A program made the translations under genes and the position numbers. The notes beneath the pieces were generated by a model. The model saw only the letters and a list, made by a program, of their open reading frames with translations, was not told where the DNA came from and did not search any database. A DNA stretch of 64,000 nucleotides from Treponemataceae bacterium (GTDB lineage Bacteria; Spirochaetota; Spirochaetia; Treponematales; Rectinemataceae), in NCBI GenBank assembly GCA_963667725.2, contig CAXXHO010000003.1, forward strand, positions 1,280,001 through 1,344,000, written 5' to 3'. Shown piece after piece: positions 43,510 through 52,811 of the stretch (position 1 is its first letter; the number at the start of each line of letters is the position of its first letter).

Positions 43510-44473
43510 TTTCATAGGCTTCGATGATTTTCCTGACCAGAGGACTTCGTACCACATCGCGGGAATCGAGGCGATTAACAAAAACATCGTCGATATTCGA
43601 AAGGATCTGGATCGCGTGGACAAGTCCGGACTCGGTTCTCTTGGGCAGATCTATCTGGGTGATATCCCCTGTCACGATCGCTTTCGAGTTTTCCCCGAGT
43701 CGGGTCAAAAACATCTTCATCTGCTCCTTGGTAGTGTTCTGCGCTTCGTCCAGTATCACGACGCAGTTGCTCAGGCTTCGTCCTCTCATATAAGCCAATG
43801 GCGCCACCTCTATGGATCTGGACTCCTCGAGGCGGCGGATGGCCTCAAAGGGAAGAATGAGTTCCATGGCGTCGTAGAGAGGGCGCAGGTAGGGGTTTAT
43901 CTTCTGGACGAGATCGCCGGGAAGGAAACCCAGGCTCTCTCCCGCCTCCACAATAGGTCTCGTGAGGATGAGTTTCCTTTTGGCTTTCACCAGCAGTTCC
44001 CTGAGCGCCCAGGCCATCGCGAGATAGGTTTTGCCCGTGCCCGCCGGGCCGACGGAGAAGACAAGATCGTGCGTGGCCAAGCCCTTCAGGTAGAGACCTT
44101 GCCCTTTGCTCCGCGGATATATCTTTATATGGCTCCCAGGCACCTGGATGCAGGAATCGAGGAAATCTTCGCAGGAGGATTCGCGTTCTTCCCTCGAGGG
44201 TTGGCGGCCAAGCGGCGTCAGCTCGGCGTGAAGCGCGATGATAAGATCGGGCGTCGCCGGAAGTCCACCTTCCACCGAGGTCACCAGGGCATCGATCAGC
44301 GCAGAAAAAAGACGCTGTTTATCCTCGTCCCCCCTCTCGATCGACAGCTCGTTCCCTCTGCTCAGAACCCTGGTCCCCAACAAATCCCCTATGATCGAAA
44401 GATTGTAATCATTGGGTCCGCAGAGTTCAGCGAGCAATTCAGTATTTTCCAATATAATGCTCTCCGAATTCAA
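43502..44473 (-). CDS. phoH: PhoH-family ATPase
   Basis: GPAGTGKTYLA, LGFLPGDL..KINPYLRPLYDA, APLAYMRGR, LDEAQN and GDITQIDL motifs; TTG start with GGAG RBS. Confidence 0.95.
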   Translation of the reverse strand: MNSESIILENTELLAELCGPNDYNLSIIGDLLGTRVLSRGNELSIERGDEDKQRLFSALIDALVTSVEGGLPATPDLIIALHAELTPLGRQPSREERESSCEDFLDSCIQVPGSHIKIYPRSKGQGLYLKGLATHDLVFSVGPAGTGKTYLAMAWALRELLVKAKRKLILTRPIVEAGESLGFLPGDLVQKINPYLRPLYDAMELILPFEAIRRLEESRSIEVAPLAYMRGRSLSNCVVILDEAQNTTKEQMKMFLTRLGENSKAIVTGDITQIDLPKRTESGLVHAIQILSNIDDVFVNRLDSRDVVRSPLVRKIIEAYENE

Positions 44474-44580
44474 AACCTCTCCTTATAAGCAGTGACGTAC
44501 TTCATGTCGTATCATGAAGTATATCGATGCGGGCACGATTTGTATATTATCCAGGCTGCCGGCGGCGATCCATGGCGCTT

Positions 44581-47500
44581 TCATTCGGTGAATCCGCCTT
44601 CCTCATAGACTTTCGACGCCTTTATCTGCGGAATGTCTTTCCAGGTAACCGCGAGGCTGAACGAGAAATCGAGCTGGTAGTAAGGTCTGCCGCTGTCGGG
44701 CGTAACGAGCACCGGACTCATGCCAAGCGCCGCTTCCAGATTCCAGTCATGCAAATCCTGGGCCAATTTGAGGTTGAAACTCTGCAGCTTGAACAGGGAA
44801 CTCTTGAGCTTGGCGCTGTCCCATAGGGAGAGAGAGTTGGCAAGGTCGGTCAGAAAATTCCTGTAGTAGTCCGATGGATTGAAGCTCCCCGAAGAGGGAA
44901 AGAGCGATGGCCAGTAACGCCAAGCCGATTTGTTGGCCGAGACGCTCGAAATGCTCAGCGAGGTACCCTCGGCGCTCGTGAGGGAGAGATCTATGCTCGC
45001 GCCCAGGGTGGACTCCGTAAACCGTACGAGATTCTGCGTATACGAAATCGTGGGACGCAGATAAAACTGAAGCGAGGAACTGTTTGTGTCGGTTTTAGCC
45101 GATGTCTCGCCAATTTTAGGCGTCAAGGAAAGCGAAGCTTCGTAAGGCCTGAAGCTTTCTGTGCCGTCAGTGCTCCACAGGCCGTCCGAAAAGGAATAGC
45201 CCTTCGATTTTTTGGCGGTGAAGGCCGTTTTTGCCCAGCCGTATTCCAGTGAAGTAACGCTCGAGAGAGGAGCCGCTTCGTCGAAATCCCAAGAAAAATC
45301 GGATTTGAGCACCGGAAAAGGCGAGGCGCCCAGGATGAGCAGGGCGCTCAGAGTGGAGGGAAGCAGCTCGGCGCCGCCGCTCGCCCTGGAAATCGCTCCG
45401 GTGAGATTAGCCTGGAAATACTTCCTGCTGAAAGCATAGGCGGCCGAATACTTTTCCAGGAGAGGCGGCAGCGAAGCGGTAAAACTCAACCGCTGCGACG
45501 CTTTGTTCCTGGGAGCCAAGGATAGCGAGGCCGAAAGGGCGTGGCTGCTCAATGTATCGCTGTTCCAACCTATCCATGTGGAAGTGTAGATCGGCAAGGA
45601 ATCCTTTCCGTCATCGGTGAGCCCCGAGTACTTGTTCTTGTAGAGCGTGCCGCCGATGGAATATTGCAGGGATGAGGTCGATAAGGAAGTGCCCGAAGGG
45701 AAAGGGGAAACCGACAGAGCGGCGCTCGCGTCGACCGTCGTCGATCGATAGGAATAATCGGATAATCTGTACGGATGGACCGTCGTGGGCGAAATCCTCT
45801 CGTCCCTGAGATAGGGTCTCCATTGATCCTGGGAGCTGAACCCGAGGCTCGTCTGCATGGCCAGCAGTTTCTCAGCCCAGCTAGCGCTGGATGTCAGCGT
45901 CGCGCTCCCCTTCCAGCCGGCAAGGAGATAGGAAAGCGAAGTATCCACATCCTCGGGGTAGATCCAATCCGAAGAATAGAATTTCTCCTCGATGCTTGTG
46001 GAGCCCGATGCCGTCCAGCCAAGGTTGATCGAACTCTGCGAAAAATCCCTCGCCTTCTTTTCCGATGCCGCGAGGGATGAGTCTGCGGCAGTGAACTCGT
46101 CGCCTTCGTTTTCCGTCGGAGGAGTTGAATTTTCGCCATCGCCTTCAAGAACCGCGGCTTCGGCTTCTCCTGACGCTTCGGATATTCCGGGGGTTCGGGT
46201 TTCCCCGGCCGTGACGGAGGCCTGGGCCGCTCCTGCCGCTTCGGCAAGCGCGGCGTTGGCGCCTCCCGCCTTTTTTGCCTTTGAATCGTATTGAATGAAG
46301 GTACCCGAGAGTGAAAAAGAACTGTCCAGGAACTTCAGGCTATCCGGGTAGAAGAAATCCCGCTGTGGATCCACGGCCAGAATCCTTTTTTGGGCGGTCG
46401 TGAGCCCTGTGGTCGGCTGCGATTTGGATTTCCACGCCATCTGCGCCGCAAGTTTGGAGACGGAGGCGCTTTGCAGGAGCGATGGACCCTTGGTGTTTTG
46501 GACCGACCAGCTAAGGCTGGATTGCAGGCTTTGCGTCATGGAAGTCCGTTTCGATACGGCTGTGGTATTAGCGTCGATGGCCGAGAGCATATTGGAAGAT
46601 TCGCTTCGCTGGTAAAAGTCCTTCTCGAAATAAGGATCCGAATACAAAGGCATTTTGACGGCTACGGAATAACGCAGCGGTCCTGAAGTTTTCTTGTATG
46701 AATAGGTGGCGTCCAGTCCGAACCTTAGCGGAAGGGCGATGCCGAGGAAGTTGGAGGAGTTCCAGTTGGAAACATTTCCGTTCGAGGCGTCGAAGGGCGA
46801 ATAGAAACCATTCGATTCGAGGAAAAGCGAACGGCTCAAGCCCATGCCGACCGTGAAGTCCAGGGAGCCGGATTTTGTTTCGGGAATCGTGCCCGCCAGG
46901 CCGACATAGATACCTAAGGCCGAATAGATATCGGCGAGCAGCTTCAGAGTCCGGCCATTCGAAGTTTTCGAGGCATTCCCCGCCCCGTCTTCGCCGTCGA
47001 CGGAAGCTGACTGCAGCCGCTTGATGAAAATGCCCGACAGTACCGTCGTTCCGCCGCTTTCCTCCTCGTTGAACAAGGAAAGACTGCTGGAAGAATTTGT
47101 TTCCTTTTTCATCTCCCCGAGAAGGTACGTCGTCGTCTGGACAAAAGCCCCTTCTCTCGAGCGATACCCTATGACGGGGTGGAAGACGATTTCATCGTTC
47201 GGATAGTAAAAAAACGGAAGCCACAGAACGGGCACGACGCCAAGATAGAGCGTAGCGCCGGACAAGGCCCAGTCGCCGTTTTCGAAAAGCCACACTTTCT
47301 TCGCCCTGATATGATAATGGGGCTGAGGGTCTTCGCAGGCGGTGACGAGGGCGTCTTCGAGTATGCTGAGGTCGCTTGCCCTTCTTGTTAGCTTTTCAAA
47401 ATGAAAAGAGAGGCTTCGCTTGACCGCGGCGGAAGGGTCGAGATTATAGACGCCATCCAGAAATATCCCGGAATAGGATTTAAGGTCGACGAGGATCGTG

Positions 47501-48015
47501 GATCCCCTGAATTCGTCGTTGTGCCCCTGCCCTTCGCGAATATAGAGGACATCGCCCTTCGCCTGAACGATTTCCTTGTCCCTGTTGAAGATAATCTCAT
47601 CGGCCTGGATCTTGTGGCTGAAACCGTCATCGGTCGTTATCTTCAGCGTCAGAGGGCCCGAGAGCCTAATGAAGCTGTCCTGGCTGCCTTCGAGGGTGAA
47701 ATATTCCAGGTTGGAGGCGCTCTCTATCGTTATGCTGGAGGCCGAGGGCGGCGTGGCCGGCGGCGAAAGCTTGAAGAATTCATAAAGCCGGGAGCGCAAA
47801 TCCTGGCTCAAGCCTTCCATGGAAAGCCCGTACTTTTCCGCCATAGATCTGAGTTCGTAATAATTGCTGATGGCTATATCGAGAGCGAGGGATTTGCGTT
47901 CGATTTCGGACATGGCAGCCAGGACATCGGACGACTGCGCCCCCCCCGGTGACTGGGCGAATACCGAGACCGCGAGAAAAAGGCTGAGGCCGAGTACGAT
48001 GGCTTTGCGAAACAT
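44581..48015 (-). CDS. LptD-like outer membrane protein (spirochaete-type)
   Basis: Signal peptide; OstA-like N-terminal region; TACED..PHYHIRAKKVW, LYLGVVPVLWLPFF; amphipathic beta-rich C-terminal region. Confidence 0.75.
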   Translation of the reverse strand: MFRKAIVLGLSLFLAVSVFAQSPGGAQSSDVLAAMSEIERKSLALDIAISNYYELRSMAEKYGLSMEGLSQDLRSRLYEFFKLSPPATPPSASSITIESASNLEYFTLEGSQDSFIRLSGPLTLKITTDDGFSHKIQADEIIFNRDKEIVQAKGDVLYIREGQGHNDEFRGSTILVDLKSYSGIFLDGVYNLDPSAAVKRSLSFHFEKLTRRASDLSILEDALVTACEDPQPHYHIRAKKVWLFENGDWALSGATLYLGVVPVLWLPFFYYPNDEIVFHPVIGYRSREGAFVQTTTYLLGEMKKETNSSSSLSLFNEEESGGTTVLSGIFIKRLQSASVDGEDGAGNASKTSNGRTLKLLADIYSALGIYVGLAGTIPETKSGSLDFTVGMGLSRSLFLESNGFYSPFDASNGNVSNWNSSNFLGIALPLRFGLDATYSYKKTSGPLRYSVAVKMPLYSDPYFEKDFYQRSESSNMLSAIDANTTAVSKRTSMTQSLQSSLSWSVQNTKGPSLLQSASVSKLAAQMAWKSKSQPTTGLTTAQKRILAVDPQRDFFYPDSLKFLDSSFSLSGTFIQYDSKAKKAGGANAALAEAAGAAQASVTAGETRTPGISEASGEAEAAVLEGDGENSTPPTENEGDEFTAADSSLAASEKKARDFSQSSINLGWTASGSTSIEEKFYSSDWIYPEDVDTSLSYLLAGWKGSATLTSSASWAEKLLAMQTSLGFSSQDQWRPYLRDERISPTTVHPYRLSDYSYRSTTVDASAALSVSPFPSGTSLSTSSLQYSIGGTLYKNKYSGLTDDGKDSLPIYTSTWIGWNSDTLSSHALSASLSLAPRNKASQRLSFTASLPPLLEKYSAAYAFSRKYFQANLTGAISRASGGAELLPSTLSALLILGASPFPVLKSDFSWDFDEAAPLSSVTSLEYGWAKTAFTAKKSKGYSFSDGLWSTDGTESFRPYEASLSLTPKIGETSAKTDTNSSSLQFYLRPTISYTQNLVRFTESTLGASIDLSLTSAEGTSLSISSVSANKSAWRYWPSLFPSSGSFNPSDYYRNFLTDLANSLSLWDSAKLKSSLFKLQSFNLKLAQDLHDWNLEAALGMSPVLVTPDSGRPYYQLDFSFSLAVTWKDIPQIKASKVYEEGGFTE

Positions 48016-48054
48016 CTAGGCGATAGTACACCGGCCGGATGCCGGGATGCAACA

Positions 48055-50886
48055 TTAAGCGCGATGGCTTCCCAGGTACTCCCGGAGATATTTTCCGGTA
48101 TAGGAAGCCTTATTCTTGACGACTTCCTCGGGCCTTCCCTGGACTACGATGTTGCCTCCCTTCGTTCCGCCTTCAGGTCCCAGATCGATAATCCAGTCGG
48201 CCAGTTTTATGACATCGAGGTTGTGCTCGATCATCACGATGCTGTTGCCCGAGTCCACGAGCCGCTGGATGACTTCCATAAGCTGCTTGACGTCGGCGAA
48301 GTGCAGGCCCGTCGTGGGTTCGTCCATGAAATAGAGCGTCTTACCCGTGGAACGCTTGGCGAGTTCGAAGGCCAGCTTGATGCGCTGCGCCTCTCCGCCC
48401 GAAAGCGTCAGCGCGGACTGCCCGACCTTGACGTATCCCAGCCCCACCGAAAGGAGGGTTTCGAATTTATGCGCGATCGGGGGAATATGAGCGAAAAACT
48501 TTGCCGCTTCCTCTATCGTCATCTCGAGGACATCGGCGATGTTTTTTCCTTTGTAGCGCAGGTCCAAGGTGTCGGCGTTGAACCGTTTCCCGTGGCAGAC
48601 ATCGCACTCGATATAGACGTCGGGCAGGAAATTCATCTCTATCTTGAGCGTGCCGTCGCCCTGGCAATTTTCGCAGCGCCCGCCTTTCACGTTAAAGCTG
48701 TACCGGCCCGACTTCCAGCCTCTTGCCTTCGATTCGGGCAGATTGGCGTAAAGTTCCCTTATGGCGGTGAAGACTCCGACATAAGTCGCCGGATTGGATC
48801 GCGGCGTCCTGCCGATGGGGCTCTGGTCGATATTGATGATCTTGTCGATGTTTTCGATGCCTTCGATACCGCTGTACTCGCCCTCCAGAAGGTTGGAACG
48901 CATGACGCGGTTGGAGATGGCCGGATAGAGAAGATCGGTGAGGAGGGTGCTTTTCCCCGAACCCGATACGCCGGTGATGCATACGAACATCCCGAGCGGG
49001 ATCCGCACATCCAGGTCTTTCAGGTTGTGTTCGCGAGCGCCGCGCACGACGATTTCCCTTCCGTTTCCATCCCGCCTGACCGCCGGAACATCTATGGAAA
49101 GTTTCCCCGCAAGGTACAGCCCGGTAATGCTTTTGCTCGAACGCATGACTTCTTCGGGCGTGCCCTGCGCGACTATCTTGCCGCCATGCTCTCCAGCTCC
49201 TGGGCCGAGGTCGACGATGTAGTCGGCGGTCCGCAGCGTCTGCTCGTCGTGCTCGACGACGATGAGGGTGTTGCCGATATCCCGCATGTAGAGGAGCGTA
49301 TCGATGAGACGCTGGTTATCGCGCTGATGAAGCCCGATGGAAGGTTCGTCCAGGATATAGAGCACGCCGACAAGTGAACTGCCGATCTGCGTGGCGAGCC
49401 GTATCCGCTGCGCTTCGCCTCCAGAAAGCGTGGCCGCCTTTCGTTCCAGCGTCAGGTATTCCAGGCCCACATTTTTCATGAAGGTGAGTCTCGCCTTGAT
49501 TTCCTTCGTAATCTGCTTGGAAATCTGCTTTTCCACATCGGTGAACGTCACGGTGGAGAAGAATTTAAGCGCTTCCTCCACCGACATGGACGAGACCTCG
49601 TTGATGTTCTTGTTTCCTATCGTCACGGCCAAGGCCTCGGGGCGAAGACGTTTCCCGCCGCAGGCCGTGCAGGGCTTTTCGGTCATGAAGCTTTCCAGCC
49701 ACTGCTTTACGCCCTCGCTTGTCGTTTCCCTGTAGCGTCGCTTGAGATCGGCCAGAATTCCGGGAAATTTCGTGTTGTATTCAAAGTGCCCTGTCTTGTC
49801 CTTGTTGTCGTAATGGTATTTTATGGGGTCGTCGGTTCCGTACAGTATGGCCTTCATTATCGCCGGACTCAAATCCTCAAAGGCCGTATCGAGACTGAAC
49901 CTGTAATAGGTGGCGAGGGCTTCGAACCTGGATCTGTTCCACGCGGAGGAGGGATTGTAGGGAAGACAGCCGCCCTCGTTGAAGGATAGGCTCCTGTCCG
50001 GTATGCAGAGGTCTGGCTCGAACTCGAGATTGAGCCCCAGACCGGTGCAAGAGGGACAGGCGCCCTGAGGGGCGTTGAACGAGAAGAGACGAGGTTCCAT
50101 CTCAGGAAGCGAAATGCCGCATTCTGGACAGGCGCCTTTCTGGCTGAAAAATTCCTCTGAGATGCCTTTGTCGGATTCCTTGAGCACGATGACGACGCCA
50201 TCGGCGATCTGGAGCGAGGTCTCGACGGCTTCGGCTATGCGCCGCCTCACGTCAGGTCCCTGTTTGATTCTGTCGACGACGACTTCAATGGTATGCTTTT
50301 TCTGCTTCTCGAGCGAAATATCTTCCTCGAGCTCCCGCATCACGCCATCGACGCGCGCGCGCGCGAATCCCTGCTTCCGCGCGTCCTCAAACCATTTTTT
50401 ATGCTCGCCCTTCATGGCGCGCACGACGGGAGCCAGGATCTGGAGCTTGGTACCGGAAGGCCAGGACAGTATCACGTCCAGAATCTGGTCGACGCTCTGT
50501 TCTTTGATGACGCGGCCGCAGGAGGGGCAATGGGGCGTCCCGATCCTCGCGTAGAGAAGGCGGAAATAATCGTGGATCTCGGTAACCGTGCCCACCGTGG
50601 AGCGGGGATTCTTATGCGTCGTCTTCTGCTCTATGGAAATCGCGGGGGACAGGCCTTCGATATAATCCACGTCGGGTTTGTCCATGCGGCCCAGGAACAT
50701 TCTCGCGTATGACGAGAGGGATTCGACATAGCGCCGCTGTCCTTCCGCGAAAATAGTGTCGAAGGCGAGCGAACTCTTGCCCGATCCCGAAAGTCCGGAT
50801 ATTACGATGAGCTTATTGCGCGGAAGTTCCAGGTCTATATTCTTCAGATTGTGCTCACGGGCACCTTTGATGATTAGTTTATCCAT
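48055..50886 (-). CDS. uvrA: Excinuclease ABC subunit A
   Basis: GAREHNLKN, GLSGSGKSSLAFDTIFAEGQRRY, zinc fingers and two LSGGEAQRI ABC signatures. Confidence 0.98.
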   Translation of the reverse strand: MDKLIIKGAREHNLKNIDLELPRNKLIVISGLSGSGKSSLAFDTIFAEGQRRYVESLSSYARMFLGRMDKPDVDYIEGLSPAISIEQKTTHKNPRSTVGTVTEIHDYFRLLYARIGTPHCPSCGRVIKEQSVDQILDVILSWPSGTKLQILAPVVRAMKGEHKKWFEDARKQGFARARVDGVMRELEEDISLEKQKKHTIEVVVDRIKQGPDVRRRIAEAVETSLQIADGVVIVLKESDKGISEEFFSQKGACPECGISLPEMEPRLFSFNAPQGACPSCTGLGLNLEFEPDLCIPDRSLSFNEGGCLPYNPSSAWNRSRFEALATYYRFSLDTAFEDLSPAIMKAILYGTDDPIKYHYDNKDKTGHFEYNTKFPGILADLKRRYRETTSEGVKQWLESFMTEKPCTACGGKRLRPEALAVTIGNKNINEVSSMSVEEALKFFSTVTFTDVEKQISKQITKEIKARLTFMKNVGLEYLTLERKAATLSGGEAQRIRLATQIGSSLVGVLYILDEPSIGLHQRDNQRLIDTLLYMRDIGNTLIVVEHDEQTLRTADYIVDLGPGAGEHGGKIVAQGTPEEVMRSSKSITGLYLAGKLSIDVPAVRRDGNGREIVVRGAREHNLKDLDVRIPLGMFVCITGVSGSGKSTLLTDLLYPAISNRVMRSNLLEGEYSGIEGIENIDKIINIDQSPIGRTPRSNPATYVGVFTAIRELYANLPESKARGWKSGRYSFNVKGGRCENCQGDGTLKIEMNFLPDVYIECDVCHGKRFNADTLDLRYKGKNIADVLEMTIEEAAKFFAHIPPIAHKFETLLSVGLGYVKVGQSALTLSGGEAQRIKLAFELAKRSTGKTLYFMDEPTTGLHFADVKQLMEVIQRLVDSGNSIVMIEHNLDVIKLADWIIDLGPEGGTKGGNIVVQGRPEEVVKNKASYTGKYLREYLGSHRA

Positions 50887-50934
50887 ACGATGCCACAAGG
50901 ATACGATATTAGGTCATTCGAGGCAAGTAGTGGC

Positions 50935-51567
50935 CTACATATGTATAGTAAAAAACTTTATCCAGTGCGGTAATTTGTCCGCTGCGGTCTTGAAGGCAGC
51001 CGTTGGAATAGGGCTTGTCGAAGGGAGTCTCGTTACGAGTAGGCGCCGCTCCGGCGAAAGACTGGGTATCCAGACAAGACGGTCGCCGGTTCTGGATAGC
51101 GCAGCCCCACCCCTGCCCTCGCCGCCCCGGCTAGCGCCGCCCCCGCCTCCAGCCAGAGTGGATTCCTTAACGAATTCTCTCGCGAATCCCTGGGCGGCTG
51201 CTCCCCCATTCGCGCCGATCGCGCCAATGGATGGATGCCGGCGCAGGAACTCCTCAATCGGATTAGGCCGTGCTCGGGAGATGTCCTTGTCCAAGCTTCC
51301 CGGTCTTTCGCAGGAAGAGAAAATGTCCCAGAGGGCAATCCGCGCCTTTTTCAGCATCTCGATCTTCTCGGCATAGGAATGGGGCTCGGGCAGCCCGACG
51401 CACTCGGAGACTATCTTCCAGAAATGATTCCGCGGGTTGCCATAGTATTCGCGCTTCGCCAGCGAGCGCGCCGAGGGGAAGGAACCAAGAATCAGGTAGA
51501 GCGGATACTCGCTTTCCTCGACCGCGCCCGCCGGGGGAAAGCCCTCGAGCGGGACATTCTCAGACAT
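50935..51567 (-). CDS. Uracil-DNA glycosylase superfamily protein (hypoxanthine/deoxyinosine glycosylase-like)
   Basis: LILGSFPS..SL...YYGNPRNHFW, IALWD, GSLD, NG and LPSTSP motifs; ATG overlaps the ychF stop. Confidence 0.8.
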   Translation of the reverse strand: MSENVPLEGFPPAGAVEESEYPLYLILGSFPSARSLAKREYYGNPRNHFWKIVSECVGLPEPHSYAEKIEMLKKARIALWDIFSSCERPGSLDKDISRARPNPIEEFLRRHPSIGAIGANGGAAAQGFAREFVKESTLAGGGGGASRGGEGRGGAALSRTGDRLVWIPSLSPERRLLVTRLPSTSPIPTAAFKTAADKLPHWIKFFTIHM

Positions 51568-52666
51568 TGAATTTAAAGAAGACGACATCCCCATCCTGGA
51601 CGACATACTCCCGCCCTTCCTGGCGGAGTTTGCCCGCTGCCTTTACGGCCGGCTCGGAGCCGAGGGCGACAAGGTCGTCATAATGATAGACTTCGGCCTT
51701 GATGAATCCTTTTTCGAAATCGGTGTGTATGACGCCGGCCGCCTGCGGGGCCTTATTCCCCGCCTTGATGGTCCAGGCCCTGCATTCATCCTCGCCGGCC
51801 GTGAAGAAGGTGCGCAGCCCCAGAAGCCTGTACGCCGCGTGGATGAGACTGGCGAGGCCGGATTCCTTCAGCCCGATATCGAACAGAAATTCCGCCTTCT
51901 CCTCCGGATCCTGGATATCGGCCAGCTCGGCCTCGAATTTGCCGCAGATGACGACGGCTTCCGATCCCATGCCTTCGGCGATCTTGCGCACGGCGTCCAC
52001 GTGGGCGTTCCCATTCACGCCCGTCTCGTCCACATTGCAGACAAAGATTTCCTTTTTCATCGTGATGAGAAAGGCGCCGCGTATGGATTCAAGTTCGTCA
52101 TCCTCGAGAGAAACGGAACGGGCCGGCCTTCCCTCCTGGAGAGCGGGCCTGATCTTCTGGAGCGTGGCGATTTCCTTTTCCGTCTCTTTCTTGACCGCCT
52201 GATCCTGGACCTTGAGCTGCTTCTGGAGCTTTTCGAGCCTTTTATCCAGCGTGTCGAGATCGGCCAGGGCCAGTTCGGTATGGATGACTTCTATATCGTC
52301 GATGGGATCCACCTTGTTGGCTACGTGGATGATGTCGGGATCGTCAAAACAGCGCACGACATGGGCTATCATGCCCACTTCGCGGATGTGGGAGAGGAAC
52401 TGGTTGCCCAAGCCCTCGCCCTGCGAAGCCCCTTTCACGAGCCCCGCGATATCGACGAATTCCACTATGGCGGGAACTCTCTTCTTGGGTTTGAACATCG
52501 ACACAAGCTTGTCCAGCCTGTTGTCCGGCACGGCCACGATGCCCACATTGGGATCGATCGTGCAGAAAGGATAGTTGGCCGCCTCCGCCTTCGCGCTCGT
52601 CAAGGCCGAGAAAATCGTGGACTTGCCCACGTTGGGAAGTCCGACGATGCCGCAATTCAATGCCAT
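51560..52666 (-). CDS. ychF: Ribosome-binding ATPase YchF
   Basis: GIVGLPNVGKST, ANYPFCTIDPN, DIAGLVKGASQGEGLGNQFL and IHTDFEKGFI motifs. Confidence 0.97.
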   Translation of the reverse strand: MALNCGIVGLPNVGKSTIFSALTSAKAEAANYPFCTIDPNVGIVAVPDNRLDKLVSMFKPKKRVPAIVEFVDIAGLVKGASQGEGLGNQFLSHIREVGMIAHVVRCFDDPDIIHVANKVDPIDDIEVIHTELALADLDTLDKRLEKLQKQLKVQDQAVKKETEKEIATLQKIRPALQEGRPARSVSLEDDELESIRGAFLITMKKEIFVCNVDETGVNGNAHVDAVRKIAEGMGSEAVVICGKFEAELADIQDPEEKAEFLFDIGLKESGLASLIHAAYRLLGLRTFFTAGEDECRAWTIKAGNKAPQAAGVIHTDFEKGFIKAEVYHYDDLVALGSEPAVKAAGKLRQEGREYVVQDGDVVFFKFNV

Positions 52667-52811
52667 ATATGACCTCTTTGATGATTTCGTTCGGTGCCTT
52701 CATTATTATGAAAAGGCGGCCGAAGAGCAATACGCGGCAAAAGCCTTTACCGTCGCGCGGGAATCGTACTATTATCGAAATGAACTCAGCACCAGACAAG
52801 AGGAGGATTCC

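Noticed and set aside
41776..49377. Long antisense ORFs (41776-43269, 43448-44488, 48064-49377) and similar ones opposite lon, gpmI and ychF
   Set aside because: They mirror well-supported minus-strand genes and have no independent coding evidence
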